Source of the DNA: the human T2T-CHM13v2.0 reference genome, Homo sapiens
Reading direction: 5' to 3' (one strand)
NCBI RefSeq assembly: GCF_009914755.1
Contig: NC_060940.1
Length of the DNA stretch: 64,000 bases
Shown here one piece after another: positions 44,190-56,570 of the stretch. How positions within the stretch are numbered: the stretch's first letter is position 1; each line of letters starts with the position of its first letter. The position numbers were made by a program, and so were the translations under genes. The notes under the pieces are model-generated. The model was not told the origin of the DNA, searched no databases, and saw nothing but the letters and a program-made list of their open reading frames with translations.

Positions 44190-44460
44190 ATGAGAAAGAG
44201 GCGTCAGACAGAGGCTCAAATTCCACCGCCGCCATTTTCTACTTTTGTGACTTTGCATTAAGATATTCAGCCCCTCTTAGCCCTAGTATGTTTAACCACC
44301 AAAGCAGAAATATGGACTTTATATATTTATAAAGTCCATACTTTAAAAAGTCCATATTTTTATAAAGTCCATTTAAATAATATGGACTTTGAAGCCCTGC
44401 AAGGATTAAATGAGATCACGTATGTGGAATGCTTAAAATGAGACACAGTTAATGGTAGTT
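44190..44460 (+). mobile_element. MIR SINE containing a 70-bp palindromic micro-insertion
   Basis: gtcagacagaggctcaaattcc...tgtgactttg... then caaggattaaatgagatcacgtatgtggaatgctta. Confidence 0.7.
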
Positions 44461-45814
44461 TGTTAACATTACAATCAATTGTCATTGGTGGTAGTAATGT
44501 TCTTTCCCCTAGCAGGTTACTCCTAGATTAGATTTTTTTATTTTTTTTGTTAATTTTTAGTGTTGATAAAAAATGTATATTGGCATGTTTTGCTTCTCTG
44601 TTTTTTATTGTTTTTCCCCACCTCCAAATGGACTTTCTTACTCTACCATAATCCTATTAAATTCTACAGACTTCCACTTACATGACACAAATACCCCTCT
44701 GGCTTCAGCCCAAACAGAAACTAATTGTCCCCTTGTTCGCCTATATGTGAGTTTGTTTTTCCAGATGAAACATTTCAGACTCTGTTTTCTTGTCCCTTGG
44801 CATTTTTTAACAGCCAACACTGTACGCGTTAGCCACAAAGACAGGGTTTCCTGGAGCAAGGAAGTAGGGGTGTGTGAAGCAAGTGCCTGTGTTTGAAGCC
44901 ACATTTCTTAATTTCAGCTGAGAAACAGCTGAAAGAGCATGATATAGAGCAGAGCATACAAACTTGGAGATCAGAAAAGGCAACGTCTTCATTAGCCCTG
45001 CCTCTACCTCTGTGAGCTATGTGTCTCTGGGTTTATTACTAAACCAGTGTAACATCAACAATCGTTCTTTCCCCTCGAAGAATGAAACTGGCATGATTAA
45101 TTGACACCATTTCCTTAAATATTTTGCAAAATAACATTAACAAGCCTTGAGAGTCATCACTCCCCTTGAGGTGAGGAAATAAAGGGAAAGATTTCTATGG
45201 GAGGCTCCAGAGAAAGGAGACTAAGACAGAAAAGTGGGAAACACAAGTTCAAGTCCTGGTCCTACCATCAGGGTATGCGTGACCTCGAACAAACGTCCTT
45301 TCCACTCTGGCCTCAGTTTACTCATTAGAACATGAAGAGATTTAGAGAAAAGGATCAATTAGGTATCCCTCCAGCTCTGGCAGTCAGTCACATTCTGGTC
45401 TGAGACTTCTCATGCTATAAAATCTTATTGCTATGATCTCTCCCCTCTGTCTTAACAGCCACACAACTGTTACCTCTTGCTTGTCAACAGTAATAATCAC
45501 CAGTATTTATTGAATGACAAATATGAATCAGAGACTGTGCCAAATGCTGTACACACCTTTTCTTATTTAATTCTCACCACAACTCTCTGAGGCACACTCA
45601 ATTGTTATCCCCAGGTGAGGGCTGAGGAACCCCAGGCTATGAAAGGTAGCAGGACTTCTTACTTACAAAACATTTCTGGGGCTTGAAGTCCTGAATCCAC
45701 GTTGTGTACCACCTCTCAACAATTATGACTGTAGGAGCTAAACTTTTCCTTTGCCCTCTTGAAGTCTCACTGAAAAACCAACTCACAAATGGCAGATTAA
45801 TAAGAGAAAAGGCG

Positions 45815-46670
45815 TTTCTCAAGGAGCTAAAAGTAGAACTGACACTCTATCGAGCCATCCTACTACAGGGTATCTTCTCAAAGAAAAAGAAGTTATGATA
45901 TCAGAAAGACACCTGTATGCACACATTTATCACACCACAATTCACAACTACAAAAACATGGAACCAACCTAAGTGTCCAGCAACCGAGTAGATAAAGAAA
46001 ATGTGGTATATCTCCACCACAGAATACTAATCAGCCATAAAAAGAACAAAATAATGTATTTTGCAGCAACTTGGATGGAACTGGAGGCCATTATTCTAAA
46101 TGAAGTAACTCAGGGATGGAAAACCAAATACTGTATGTTCTCACAAGTGGAAGCTAAACTATGGGTATGCAAAGGCATATAGAGTGGTATAAAGCAGGGA
46201 TCCCCAACCCTTTGGCCACAGATTGGTACCAGTCTGTGGCCTGTTAGGAACTGGGCCGTACAGCAGGAGGTGAGCAGCCAGTGAGCATTACCACCTGGGC
46301 TCTGCCTCCTGTCAGATCAGTGGCAGCATCAGATTCTCACAGGAGCCCAAACCCTATTGTGAACTGTGCATGCGAGGGATCTAGGTTGTGGGCTCCTATG
46401 AGAATCTAATGCCTGATGATCTGAGGTGAAACAGTTTCATCCTGATAGCATCCATTCCCAGCCCTGGTTCTGTGGGAAAATTGTCTTCCATGATACTGGT
46501 CCCTGGTGCCAAAAAGGTTAGGGACTGCTGGTATAATGGGCATTGGAGACTCAGAAGGGAAAAGGATGGGAGGAAGATAAAAGATTAAAAACTACATATG
46601 GGTACAATGTATACTACTCAGGTGACAAGTGCATTAAAATTTCAGACTTTACCACTATACAATTCATTTA
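45815..46670 (+). mobile_element. L1 3' fragment (L1PB4/L1MA-like)
   Basis: gcagcaacttggatggaactggaggccattattctaaatgaagtaactcag...cagactttaccactatacaattcat. Confidence 0.85.
46195..46530 (+). mobile_element. MER1B hAT-Charlie transposon
   Basis: TIRs cagggatccccaacc / ggttagggactgctg; 8-bp TSD gtataaag / gtataatg. Confidence 0.92.
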
Positions 46671-47599
46671 CAGGTACACAAATGTATTAATATGTATACA
46701 GGGAGAACCACAGGTGATCACCTCCCCTCACCCCCACCATGGGGTTCAGAAGCTTATAAACCATCCTAGCAAAACAGGTTATGGGAGGGAGAAAAGAGGA
46801 ATTCTGTTAAGGGGCAATAAAGGATCAGTAAGGAGATTAATGGATCCTGGAACAGGATTAATTTGTAAACAGTTTTCTTGGGAATTTGAATGAGCCCGAG
46901 AGACAGATATTATTTCGTGAAAGGGTCTGTTCAGGTGTGGTTACATTCTTGGCATTACAGAGAGCTGAAGGAAAAACAATTTTTCCTTTTGGTGGGTCTG
47001 GGTCTTAGGCAGGTAAAGGAACTTCAACTTCATCCTGTGCTTTGGGAGAGACAGTGGTACAGGGTTTTGGAAAGGTAAGAGGGACTTTGAGGCTTCTTCA
47101 TTTCAGCATGTCAAAGAGCTATACTTTGGGGTATTGCTTTCTGAGCCCCAACATGATCTGGGCTTCCAAGATACAGAACTTGCCAAGGTCGCCTCTACCA
47201 TCCAAGGTGTCTCTAAAGCATCTTCCTTTCTTCTCAGGTCTTCCTGCTACCCCCATCCCACCCTATTGTTTGGGCTTTGACTTAGGTATTTGACAAGAGG
47301 AAACATGGGGCAAGGGATAGTTTACCCATGGAGATGGGCTGAACAGAGTTAGAATCCCTCTCTGCCACACAGAATGTGTACTCTTAGAAGACCTCCCCAA
47401 GCCTAGCTGTTATCCTATGGAGCACTCCTGTCCATGAAGCTATTGGGAGAGTTAAGTAGGATTCTGTAAATTAAAGTGATACCAACCAGAATACCACTGA
47501 GCATTGGCTCTGTCTCCCCCTACTTATATCCCACTGTCTGTTAAGACCCAACCCTTGAAAATTGCTTTCCTTATTTTTGGAATTTACCTATTCCTCCTT

Positions 47600-48265
47600 G
47601 AATCAGTCCAGATCCCAAAAAGTAAGAAATCACACACTGAAAATAGAGTGACTCAAAAAGTTTCTTTCTGAAGGGCTGGGTAGGAAAATGTGGGTAGAGG
47701 ATACTAAAGGGATAAGAAAATATCTGGGGCTTGGTAGAAGCAGAACTTTACCACCCCTAGGACCAAAAGGCTAAGAGGCAGGAGTAGTTACCAGGAACCA
47801 AGGAATGAGAGGCATGGAGAGTCAGTTTCCTCGGGAGGAGCCATGGTCTTCAGTCGAAGGACACAGCCAGCCAAGAGGGGACTTTGCAGGGAGATTGTTA
47901 GGGGATAAATACTCTGACTTCATCCTTGGATATGAAAATTAATTCCTGAAATATAGAATTGACCCAAGCTATTTTGATAAAGTACCACGATGACATTGAC
48001 CCTTAGTCAAGCCATGAAATGTAGTGATTAATAATGTTGTTTTGTAACTATCAGCCCAAGGAAATTGGAACTGGTTTGCACGAGTTTGTTAGCATGGTTT
48101 ACTGACAACGGTGAGATGGATGATTTGCATTCTCTGACCTCCCTCCAAACTCTTTGTGTGGCTCCACATTGGCTGGACCCAGTTGGAAGCAGCAGGCAAA
48201 CGAACCCATTGATATCATTCATACAATTCAGCTTCTGGGGCAGAAAATAGACAGGAAAATGGTAG
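47600..48265 (-). mobile_element. LTR33-like ERVL LTR with ~200-bp internal insertion
   Basis: ttaccacccctaggaccaaaagg...ggggataaatactctgac | ctccacattggctggacccagttggaagcagcaggcaaacgaacccattgat. Confidence 0.6.
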
Positions 48266-50091
48266 GGAGTAGATCTTCCCATTGCTCCGCTGTCACAAAG
48301 TCTATGTCCCTTGCATCACACTTGCTGGGCCCTTCTTTACATGGGATATCACACATGTGGGTATGCTGGCCTCACCTACCTAATGGTGAGCCCCCTAAGG
48401 GCATGCATCCCCCTTCCTTCCCATGAGCATCTCCCACCACCTATCTCAGTGGCTGGCATAGAGGAGGTGCAAGGCTACGTGTAACTGAATCTCCAGGAGA
48501 AGGATCAAGCATCATGGGCAACCAGCCAGCTGCTTGCTTTCCCTAACGCTGGTTCCAAAAATTGCTGCTAAAGACCTTGCCAGTTGCTGAGCAGCTACAG
48601 AGACATTCCAGAAGGTAGAGAGAGATCGCTGAGGGGAGACAGTGGGTTTGCGGGTTGATGCCTGGTCGTAACAATTCTCCAAGTGCCTCCTCCAGTGACT
48701 TTAGATAAATAGAGATGGGAATCACATTTCAGTGTGACAGCTTAAATGGCATGTCAAGAAACAATTAAAAAGATCTAGTGCAACATGGTCCTGAGAGATT
48801 TTTGTCAGACTGAATATGCTTCCCGCCAGGGCTGATGTGGGGGTGATATAGCCCGTGAGCCCATGTTCAGGGCCTTGAATTCTCAAAGGCAGGCTCCTGT
48901 GAGACCTGGGACTGGAGACTATGTAAGCCTGGAGAATTCGACCCTTTACTGCTTGTCAGTGTTTTCTAAATCACCTGTAATCAGCAGCACAAAACATCCA
49001 CCTGGCAAATCTCCACCAGAACATGCTAACTTCCAATCCCAGTCGAAACCCCAACTGCGAGAAACAATAGAGTATTGCCTGAAGGACATGTTGTCCATCA
49101 CTCCTTTAGATCAGCAGTTTTTCAGATTACCTTCCCCAGAGCCCTGGAATTCCCGAGGGTATCCCTGAGGTTCCCTAGAAACCAATTCCCTATCTCTACC
49201 CCAACGCAGAGAATGGGAGGTATGATCTGTTGCGTAGTAGGTACTGGAGTTGCATATAAGAAATCAGCTTTTTAAAAAAAGGATGCTTATCCCTTGAAAA
49301 AACAAAAGCCATCACTTTTGCATAAATTTTTTTTTCTGCGATCAAGTCAGATGGTGAGAATTCTGCAAGCCTCGGTCATGTTACTTTGCTCTGCTGCCCT
49401 TAGAATTTCTGGAAATAAAATAAGCGTCAGTGGAATCCCATCAGCCCACATTGTGGGACCCCAAAGGAAACAGCCTGTTGAAATTCCTGATATGTCTCTT
49501 GAAGGGCTCCTTTTGGTGAATCCATGGCAGCATTTCCTCTTCTGTATCAGGAAAGGTTGATTCCAGTTTGATTGTGTCATGCATCCACTATGGGCTGGGA
49601 AATTCAACTTGTTTCCCTCTTAGCCTTGGCCTCTGGGACTCTCAGTGCTATTTCGGCAGCAACTTGCAATGGTACAGAACTTGTGCTCTTACAGATTCTA
49701 ATCCCTGCCCCAGCTCCCTCAGTAATATATTTTGTTATTTTCAATTGCATTTATTTGTATGAGTTAATTCAGAATATATGCATTACCACTCATTTGTTAA
49801 AAAAAAAAAAAAGAGAGAGAATATAAATAAATAAGCGTAGGTGGCTCTTGAAGCAAAAGAAAGCAACTTCCTTCATTTGGTGGGGCTTTTGTCCCCCACT
49901 CCCACCCCAGACATACTCTAATTCTGATCTGTGGAATACACTGGCTTTTCTCATTGCCTGCTGACAAATCTCTCAGCTCCCTACGGGTGGAAGGACCACA
50001 CCTTAGATTCAAGTCTACACTGGGGATGGAGCATAGAGAGGGCAGGCAAAGAGGAGCTAGGGCCTTGGCTCATGTCAGGAAAGACAGGCAG

Positions 50092-50456
50092 GGCCAGGCA
50101 CACTGGCTCAAGTCTGTAATCCCAACACATTGGGAGGCTGAAGTAGAAGGATCGTTTGAGCCCAGGAGTTCAAGACCAGCCTAGGCAACTAGTGAGACCC
50201 CATCTCTACAAAAAATAGAAAAATTAACTGGGCATGGTGGCACATGCCTGTAGTCCCAGCTCCTCAGTAGGCTGAGGCAGGAGGATACCTTGAGCCCAGG
50301 AGGTCAAGGCTGCAGTGAACTTTGATCACACCACTGCACTCTAGCCTATGAGAACTCTAGCCAAGTTCTGTTGTTGTTAGAAACATGCTCTCCACCTAAC
50401 CTCCATGTCCCTGCCAAAGGCTCTTGCAACATCCTCTGACTAGATTGAGACCCTGT
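50092..50456 (+). mobile_element. AluJ SINE with an ~95-bp non-Alu insertion near its 3' end
   Basis: Alu breaks after ccactgcactctagcc and resumes at tgagaccctgt. Confidence 0.94.
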
Positions 50457-50491
50457 AGAAAAAGAAAGAAAGAAAAAAAGAAAGAAAGAAG

Positions 50492-50523
<32 letters not shown>

Positions 50524-50622
50524 AAGAGAGAAAGGGAGAAAGAGAGAAAGAAAGAGAGAATGAAAGAAAGAGAGAGAGAGAGAAATAGAGAAAGAGAGGA
50601 AGGAAGGAAAGGAAAAAGAAAG
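50457..50622 (+). repeat. (GAAA)n/(GA)n purine-rich Alu tail expansion
   Basis: Seen directly. Confidence 0.95.
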
Positions 50623-51619
50623 ACCCAGAGATATTTTATTACTCACTTTCAACACAAGTTTTAGAAATAGAGACAGAGCCAGGGTCACTCCCAGCTTCCC
50701 CCGGTCCTGCATTCCCCAGGATCATCATGTCTGACCCTAGGATATGTCCGCAGACAGGAGGTCTGGAATTTGTTTTGCTGCCATTGACCCAGTCTCAGGC
50801 TTTGATATTTTTAAATTTCTGCATTGAAGAATCCTTGTTTTGCTAAGACGAGAGAACATAACCTGGGGCCTCCCGGAAGCTACATTTGTTTCCACGATTC
50901 TGCTGTCTTGATTGATGACATGGAGTGAGCCTCCTGTGATAGCAGGGTACCCAAGAGGGCTGCTTCTTTGTGTTTGGACGTGCATGGCACACGCACAAAC
51001 ACATATACCCATGTGCTGAGACTTGCATGAATTTGGAGTCAGAAAGACTTGAGCTCAAACATTGGTTCAGCCACTTACCAAATGTATGTGTGTGCCTTTG
51101 GGCAGGTTTTCTAACCTCTGTAAGCCACACTTTCCTTTTGACCATAGGTAATACTGTTTTATTTCCCCTACAAGCCAAGGAGGTAAACATTAGTATTAAT
51201 AACAGCTCCAGTTTAACTGGTTGCTTAAGCTCTCTGTGCCTCAGTTTCTTACATATAGAGTGGGGATTATATCCATGCTTACTTCACTGGGCTGCTACGA
51301 GAACTGAATAAGAAAATGTATGTAGAGAACTCAGTGTGCAGCCTGGACAAAAAGTCTGTTTATTGTGTGCATATCTGCAGAAGATAAAAACTTACAGCCT
51401 TTTGGTATGTTTTCCTTGATCCAGGGGGAATGTGACCTATGGTCGTGACATGTGCTGTGCCTGATGGCCATATGGATACTCCAGGGAAGGAGCCTCTTAC
51501 TGCCGGTTTGGGCAGGTCCTTTTGATTTAGCTGTGGACTAAAGCCATGGTCATTGTCTGCCAATCAGTGCCTTAATGTCTGTGTACTTCTGAAGCCTTAT
51601 TGCCAGGTGATGCCCCCTT

Positions 51620-51704
51620 GCCAAGTTCTGTTGTTGTTGGAAAGATGCTCTCCACCTAACCTCCATGCCCCTGCCAAAGGCTCTTGCAACATCCTCTGAC
51701 TAGA
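51620..51704 (+). repeat. 85-bp unique segment, donor of the copy at 50360-50444
   Basis: 82/85 identical, offset 1260 bp. Confidence 0.95.
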
Positions 51705-52692
51705 GTGTTGGGCACCACTAGTACTGCAGTCCACCTGCCAACCCCCAGTCCCTCTCTCATCTTCTGCTGTGGCTGCTGACATCCCCTCCTCATCACCTCT
51801 CCAGTAGGTGGCTCTAGAATCAGGGGCTGTCCTTCCCTATGGGCTCTATCCCACCACAACCCACTGCAGCATGCACAGCCATTCTTGTGAAGTGACAAGC
51901 ATGGATGCATTCAGAACAGCTTCACTGTACTGGAGCCCAGTGGAAGAAGGAATGTGCCTGCAGCCAGACCTGGGGAGGCTGCCATTTTTCTTCCTGAACC
52001 CTCCCCTCTCCCAAAGGGGCTATATTTAATTCATAATACTGGAGCTGGCACCGTTGCCAGATATATTTCCTTGCTGATTAAACATTAAACACACTAGTAT
52101 TTCAAAGCATTTGAAATAACTCAGAACTACTGAAGGACTAATTGCTTCACTCTGTATATTCAAATTGTGATGTTACTTTTTTAAAAACGCATTCTTAAGT
52201 CAACTGTTGCATCAATTAATTGCAAATTTTCCAACAGTTAGCTGTAGTGTGATTAAAGCATATGAAAATAATCTTTTAATTAGCTTTCATTTTGAAACAA
52301 ATAGACAATTAAACCAAAGAAGTAAGTGTGAAAATTCTGTTGATCTGCTCTTCTTGGGGAGGGAATGCTTGTACAAATAATGACCATATCATTGGAAATT
52401 ATTTCCTTGGCTAGCCCGATGGTTGTTCAGTAACTTCATCTTTTCCCTTTTACATCTCTTCTATTTCTTACAACCCTGGTACCCCTACTGTTTTCCCCCA
52501 GAGGCCTAAAATATATAACTAGATGAATAATAGCCTTTCTCAAGCATGTATTTTTGAGCAGAGCTACTCCAAGTATCAGCCAATTCTTATTAAAAATATC
52601 ATTGCTCACATCCCTAGCATTTAAAAAGAGAAAAAAAAAATAAATCTGTTTTTGGCCACTAAGTCATTAATTCTTTCACCCACCCTGTGGAT

Positions 52693-52852
52693 CAGGGCTG
52701 AGATGATGGAGAGAGGAGAGGTGCCTCGGGCACAAGATTTAAGGAGGACATGCTCTCAGAGCCCCAGCCTGCACATACACCACCCTCAGGTCACGTGCCT
52801 TCTCAAATCTGGAACCTAGGCATATTGCTGGCCTCACCCCAGTCCCAGCCTT
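52693..52852. mobile_element. MER96 hAT element
   Basis: gaggtgcctcgggcacaagatttaaggagg...ctctcag...gtgccttctcaaat...gcctcaccccagtcccagcc. Confidence 0.7.
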
Positions 52853-53369
52853 AGTAGTAAGAGTCATATGTAGGATACCTACTATGTGCTTCGTGCTATT
52901 CTAGAACCTGTTAATTAGGCAAAAGGAGAATCTTTTTGGTCCAAACCCTCTTCTGCTACATGCAAGGAGACTGCGGCCCAGAGAAAGGGAAGGGATGCCT
53001 GATCTGCTACAGAGAAAACAGAGATGGAGATGACAAGGTTCTGGTCCTTGTCCATTCAGTCAAAATGCATTTGTTGGGTATCTCTTCTGTATGTGGCATG
53101 TGTGAGAGATCTCCAGCCTGAGATGGGCAGCATTGCCAGGAAAGGCACACTCTGTCAGGCAACACAAGGGAGCTGAACTTGAGGTAATGGAGATTGAAAG
53201 CCATTTTTTGAGCTGGGTGAACTTAGGCTACTGGCTTAACATCTCTTAGCCTATGGATCATTTATTTAAATATAGATAATACTTGGGTGTAAGCACCATG
53301 AATAATAATGTAACATGTATTGCATAGTGACTGGCATAGAATAAATCATAATAAGTAGCATTTTGTAAG

Positions 53370-53585
53370 TACTATGCGCCACTAGGTCAAATGCTTTCTT
53401 TGCATTGTATAATTCTATCTGTAGAAAAACCCATGAAATAGGTATTGCAAACTTCATTTTATAGGTAAGAAAACAGGTTCAGAGAAACAAAATGACTTGC
53501 CAGCATTTACAAAGCTGGTAAGTGGCAAGAGCCAGGACTTAAACCAGTTCCATCGTATTCAAATGTTCAAGCTCTTAACTGTTAT
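53370..53585 (-). mobile_element. MIR SINE
   Basis: cattttataggtaagaaaacaggttcagagaaacaaaatgacttgccagcatttacaaagctggtaagtggcaagagccaggacttaaacc. Confidence 0.75.
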
Positions 53586-55049
53586 GCTAAAAGAAAGGGA
53601 GAAAATGATGGAGCTCAAATTTGGGAACATACCCATGGTTACCAGGATTCTTAGGGAAAGACCTAAAGATTTTAAATTCATCATCCAATCCCTTTCAGCT
53701 ACCATTGCAAACACAATTAAGGGTGCCTGTTGGCAACATCAGCAGCAAGAGTAGTATTATAATCTCACCATGACGGAAACAATGTGTAAGATGTGAAAAA
53801 ATCAATTTCCACATGATGGTACAGTTGCATCCAGATATTTTTGGACCTCAAGAATAGAACTATGGCATGGAACCGAATCATAGAATTTAAGAGTTGGAAG
53901 CAATCCTGTCTGCTGTGTAATCCAACCTCCCTGGCACCCTTGGCACAGATGGCACAGTTTTGTTCAGCTCCAGTAAGAGGGATCCATCCATCTCATCAGA
54001 AAACTCCTTCATTCTATTGAACTGAAACCTGCCCTTCCATCCCATGGACCCACACAGAAACATAGCACCCCTGGACCAGGCTCATGCTGCCTCTCCCTCA
54101 AGGTGAAAATCCTCAGTCTTCTACCCATTCTCTACAGGGCGCTTTCTATTTTCCTCATCATCTCAACAACTCTTCCTATGACCACTGGGAATTTGACAGA
54201 TGTAAGGTTAAATCCAGCTCCACCACCACAGCTAACCTCAAGGAAGCCAATTAACCTCTCAGAAATTCTGTTTTTTCCTCTATAAAGTAATTAACAGCTA
54301 CTATAGCCATTTAGGGTTGTTGTATTAAGTATCTAAAATGAGATGAAACATGTAAGCATATACCCGCCCTGTATATGTAATCAATAAATGCAAACCCCTG
54401 TAATCATTACTGTGATTATTTCAGAGAGGCCTGAAGCAATGGAGAAAAGGAGGGACCAGCCTGTCAACCTTAAAGGGACAGAGCAAAGGTGAGGTCAGAT
54501 CCACTGTTCCAAAGGGTAATAAGTAAATGAATGGTTCTCTTTCATAAAGCCCCCTGTGGGAGTCCTTCAGCTCTGACGTCTCTGCAGCTCTATTCAAATA
54601 TCATTTTGGTTCCCCTAAATCATCACCAGAATGTGTTATCACAAATCACTCTGTGACTTGGCAGAATTGAGTGAAATGTGATCTCAAATCCTAAATTAAA
54701 GGAGTGGGGCATTTGCAATAGCACATTCATTTACACCATTTCATTTTGTTATTTCAGCTGCTAAGATGTTCAAAGCTCCCAGCAGGGAGCATTGGCCACA
54801 ACAGAAGGAGGACACTGAGTTATGACAAGTCCTTGTCAGTCTTCCTTGCAAAAGCAAGAGTGAGCATGTGTTGCTGATGTGTGGTGATTTGCAGAGGGAT
54901 CAGGGCTCAGCATCGGAGCCAAGTTAAATACACAAGGGCTTTCACAGAGGTCAAAATGTAGAGAGCAAATTACAAGAACCCCAGGGTACCTCCTTTATGC
55001 ATCAAGCATTGGTGAGTACACGGAGTAAATGGTGAATGGAATTTTGGAG

Positions 55050-55408
55050 TGATGTGGTCTAAATGTCTATGTCCTCCTAAAATGTCTATATTGAAATTCT
55101 TACCCTCAAAGTGATGGTGTTAAGAGGTAGGGCCTTTGGGCGGTGATTAGGTCATGAGGGTGGGACACTGATGAATGGAATTAGTGAACTTATAAAAGAA
55201 GACTGAGAAAGACCCCTCACCCCTTCTGCTATGTGAAGTTAGAGTGGGAAGATAGCTGTCTCTGGGGAAGAGGCACTCACCGACATTGAATCTGCCAGTG
55301 CCTTCATCTTTGACTTCCCAGCCTCTAGAACTATAAGAAATAAATTTCTGTTGTTATAAGCCAACCAGTCTATGGTATTTGGTTGTAGCAGCCCAACAGA
55401 CCAAGGCA
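55050..55408 (+). mobile_element. MLT1A/MLT1A0 MaLR LTR
   Basis: gggcctttgggcggtgattaggtcatgagggtgg...gacttcccagcctctagaactataagaaataaatttctgttg; TG..CA ends; TSD tggag / gggag. Confidence 0.9.
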
Positions 55409-55899
55409 GGGAGTGTCTACTTCATTTCCCTCCCATCTAGTTTCTACTCTACCTGCTGGGATAAAAACTCTAATGCTCCCAGTCTTAGAGACAGCAAAAG
55501 CCAGGTCTGCTGGTAATGCAACAGGAACATCTTAAGAACCCAACATAGGGATCTGGAGAGTATTGTGTACCCAGTGATCTGAATCTCAGACCTTAAAACC
55601 ATGGGGCCAGTTAAGACCCTGACCCCTCTAGATCCACCACCACCTACCCTATCACTCAAGCTCTGATTGAGATATTCCCTTGGGCTCATCCGGTCAGTCA
55701 CACCTAATTGTTCTGTCTCTCCTATGCCAAGCCTACCTGATTTTACTGGCTTTCTGGAGCATCAAGTTAGAAAAGCTGGGGTGGTTTCATCTTGCTTTAG
55801 AGGGAAATCTACATTGACAACAAATCCCTGCTATGGGCAAGGGAGAAATCTAGATATAGAGTGACACGTATTTGCCAAACTTGTGTCTCTGCCCCCATA

Positions 55900-56570
55900 G
55901 TCTACTTGTTGACCTAATCCATAGCAAGTAGTTTGTATTTTATTACAAATACAATAGAAATCCTTGAAAGAATGAATGGGACATGGGAGAAAAGGAGGAG
56001 AGGAATCTGGGTGTTTTTAGCTTGAACACCGGGGTAACATTTACTGAAACGGGGAAGATGGGCATCTGGAGGTCTGGAGTGGATACTCAATAGTTCTATT
56101 CTCAACATGTTAACTTCCAAATGCAAATCAGTCAAACAAAAATGTTGAAAAGATATTTAGAAATAGCAGATCTGGATATTAAAATGTTGATGTCATGGGC
56201 ACATGAATTCACAGAGGCCAAGGAAAAAAAGGGTTTCAAGTATAAAAGTGTGGGCAACTCTGCCAAATGCTACTTAGTGGTCAAGAGGAAGCAGAAAGAG
56301 AGACTTGTTGGAATTAGTTACATGGAGCTATTTGGTGACCTCAAAAGCTGTGGTCTCAGCAGGTCAGAAGGGGACCAATCGCCCTTGGAGGAAGCTGAGT
56401 AGAGACCGGAAGGTGGGAAAGTTCAGACCACAGAGGCAAATTCTGAGACAATTTGAATGAAAGGAACAGGAAAGTGGATGGTGTCAATGGGTCAAGGTTG
56501 CTTTTGCCCTTTTTTTTGTTAAGATGGGAGATATTAGGTCACATGTGTATGTTGATAAGAATGATTCCTT
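55900..56570 (-). mobile_element. L2 fragment
   Basis: tttactgaaacggggaag...gagctatttggtgacctcaaaagc antisense L2 text; boundaries approximate. Confidence 0.55.

Larger units (their letters stand above)
45730..47153 (-). mobile_element. ERV1 solo LTR (MER39/LTR29-like) split by nested L1 and MER1B
   Basis: Ends tgtaggag... and ...ctttggggtattgctttctgagccccaaca; halves join across 45815-46670; flanks tgac / tgat. Confidence 0.7.
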
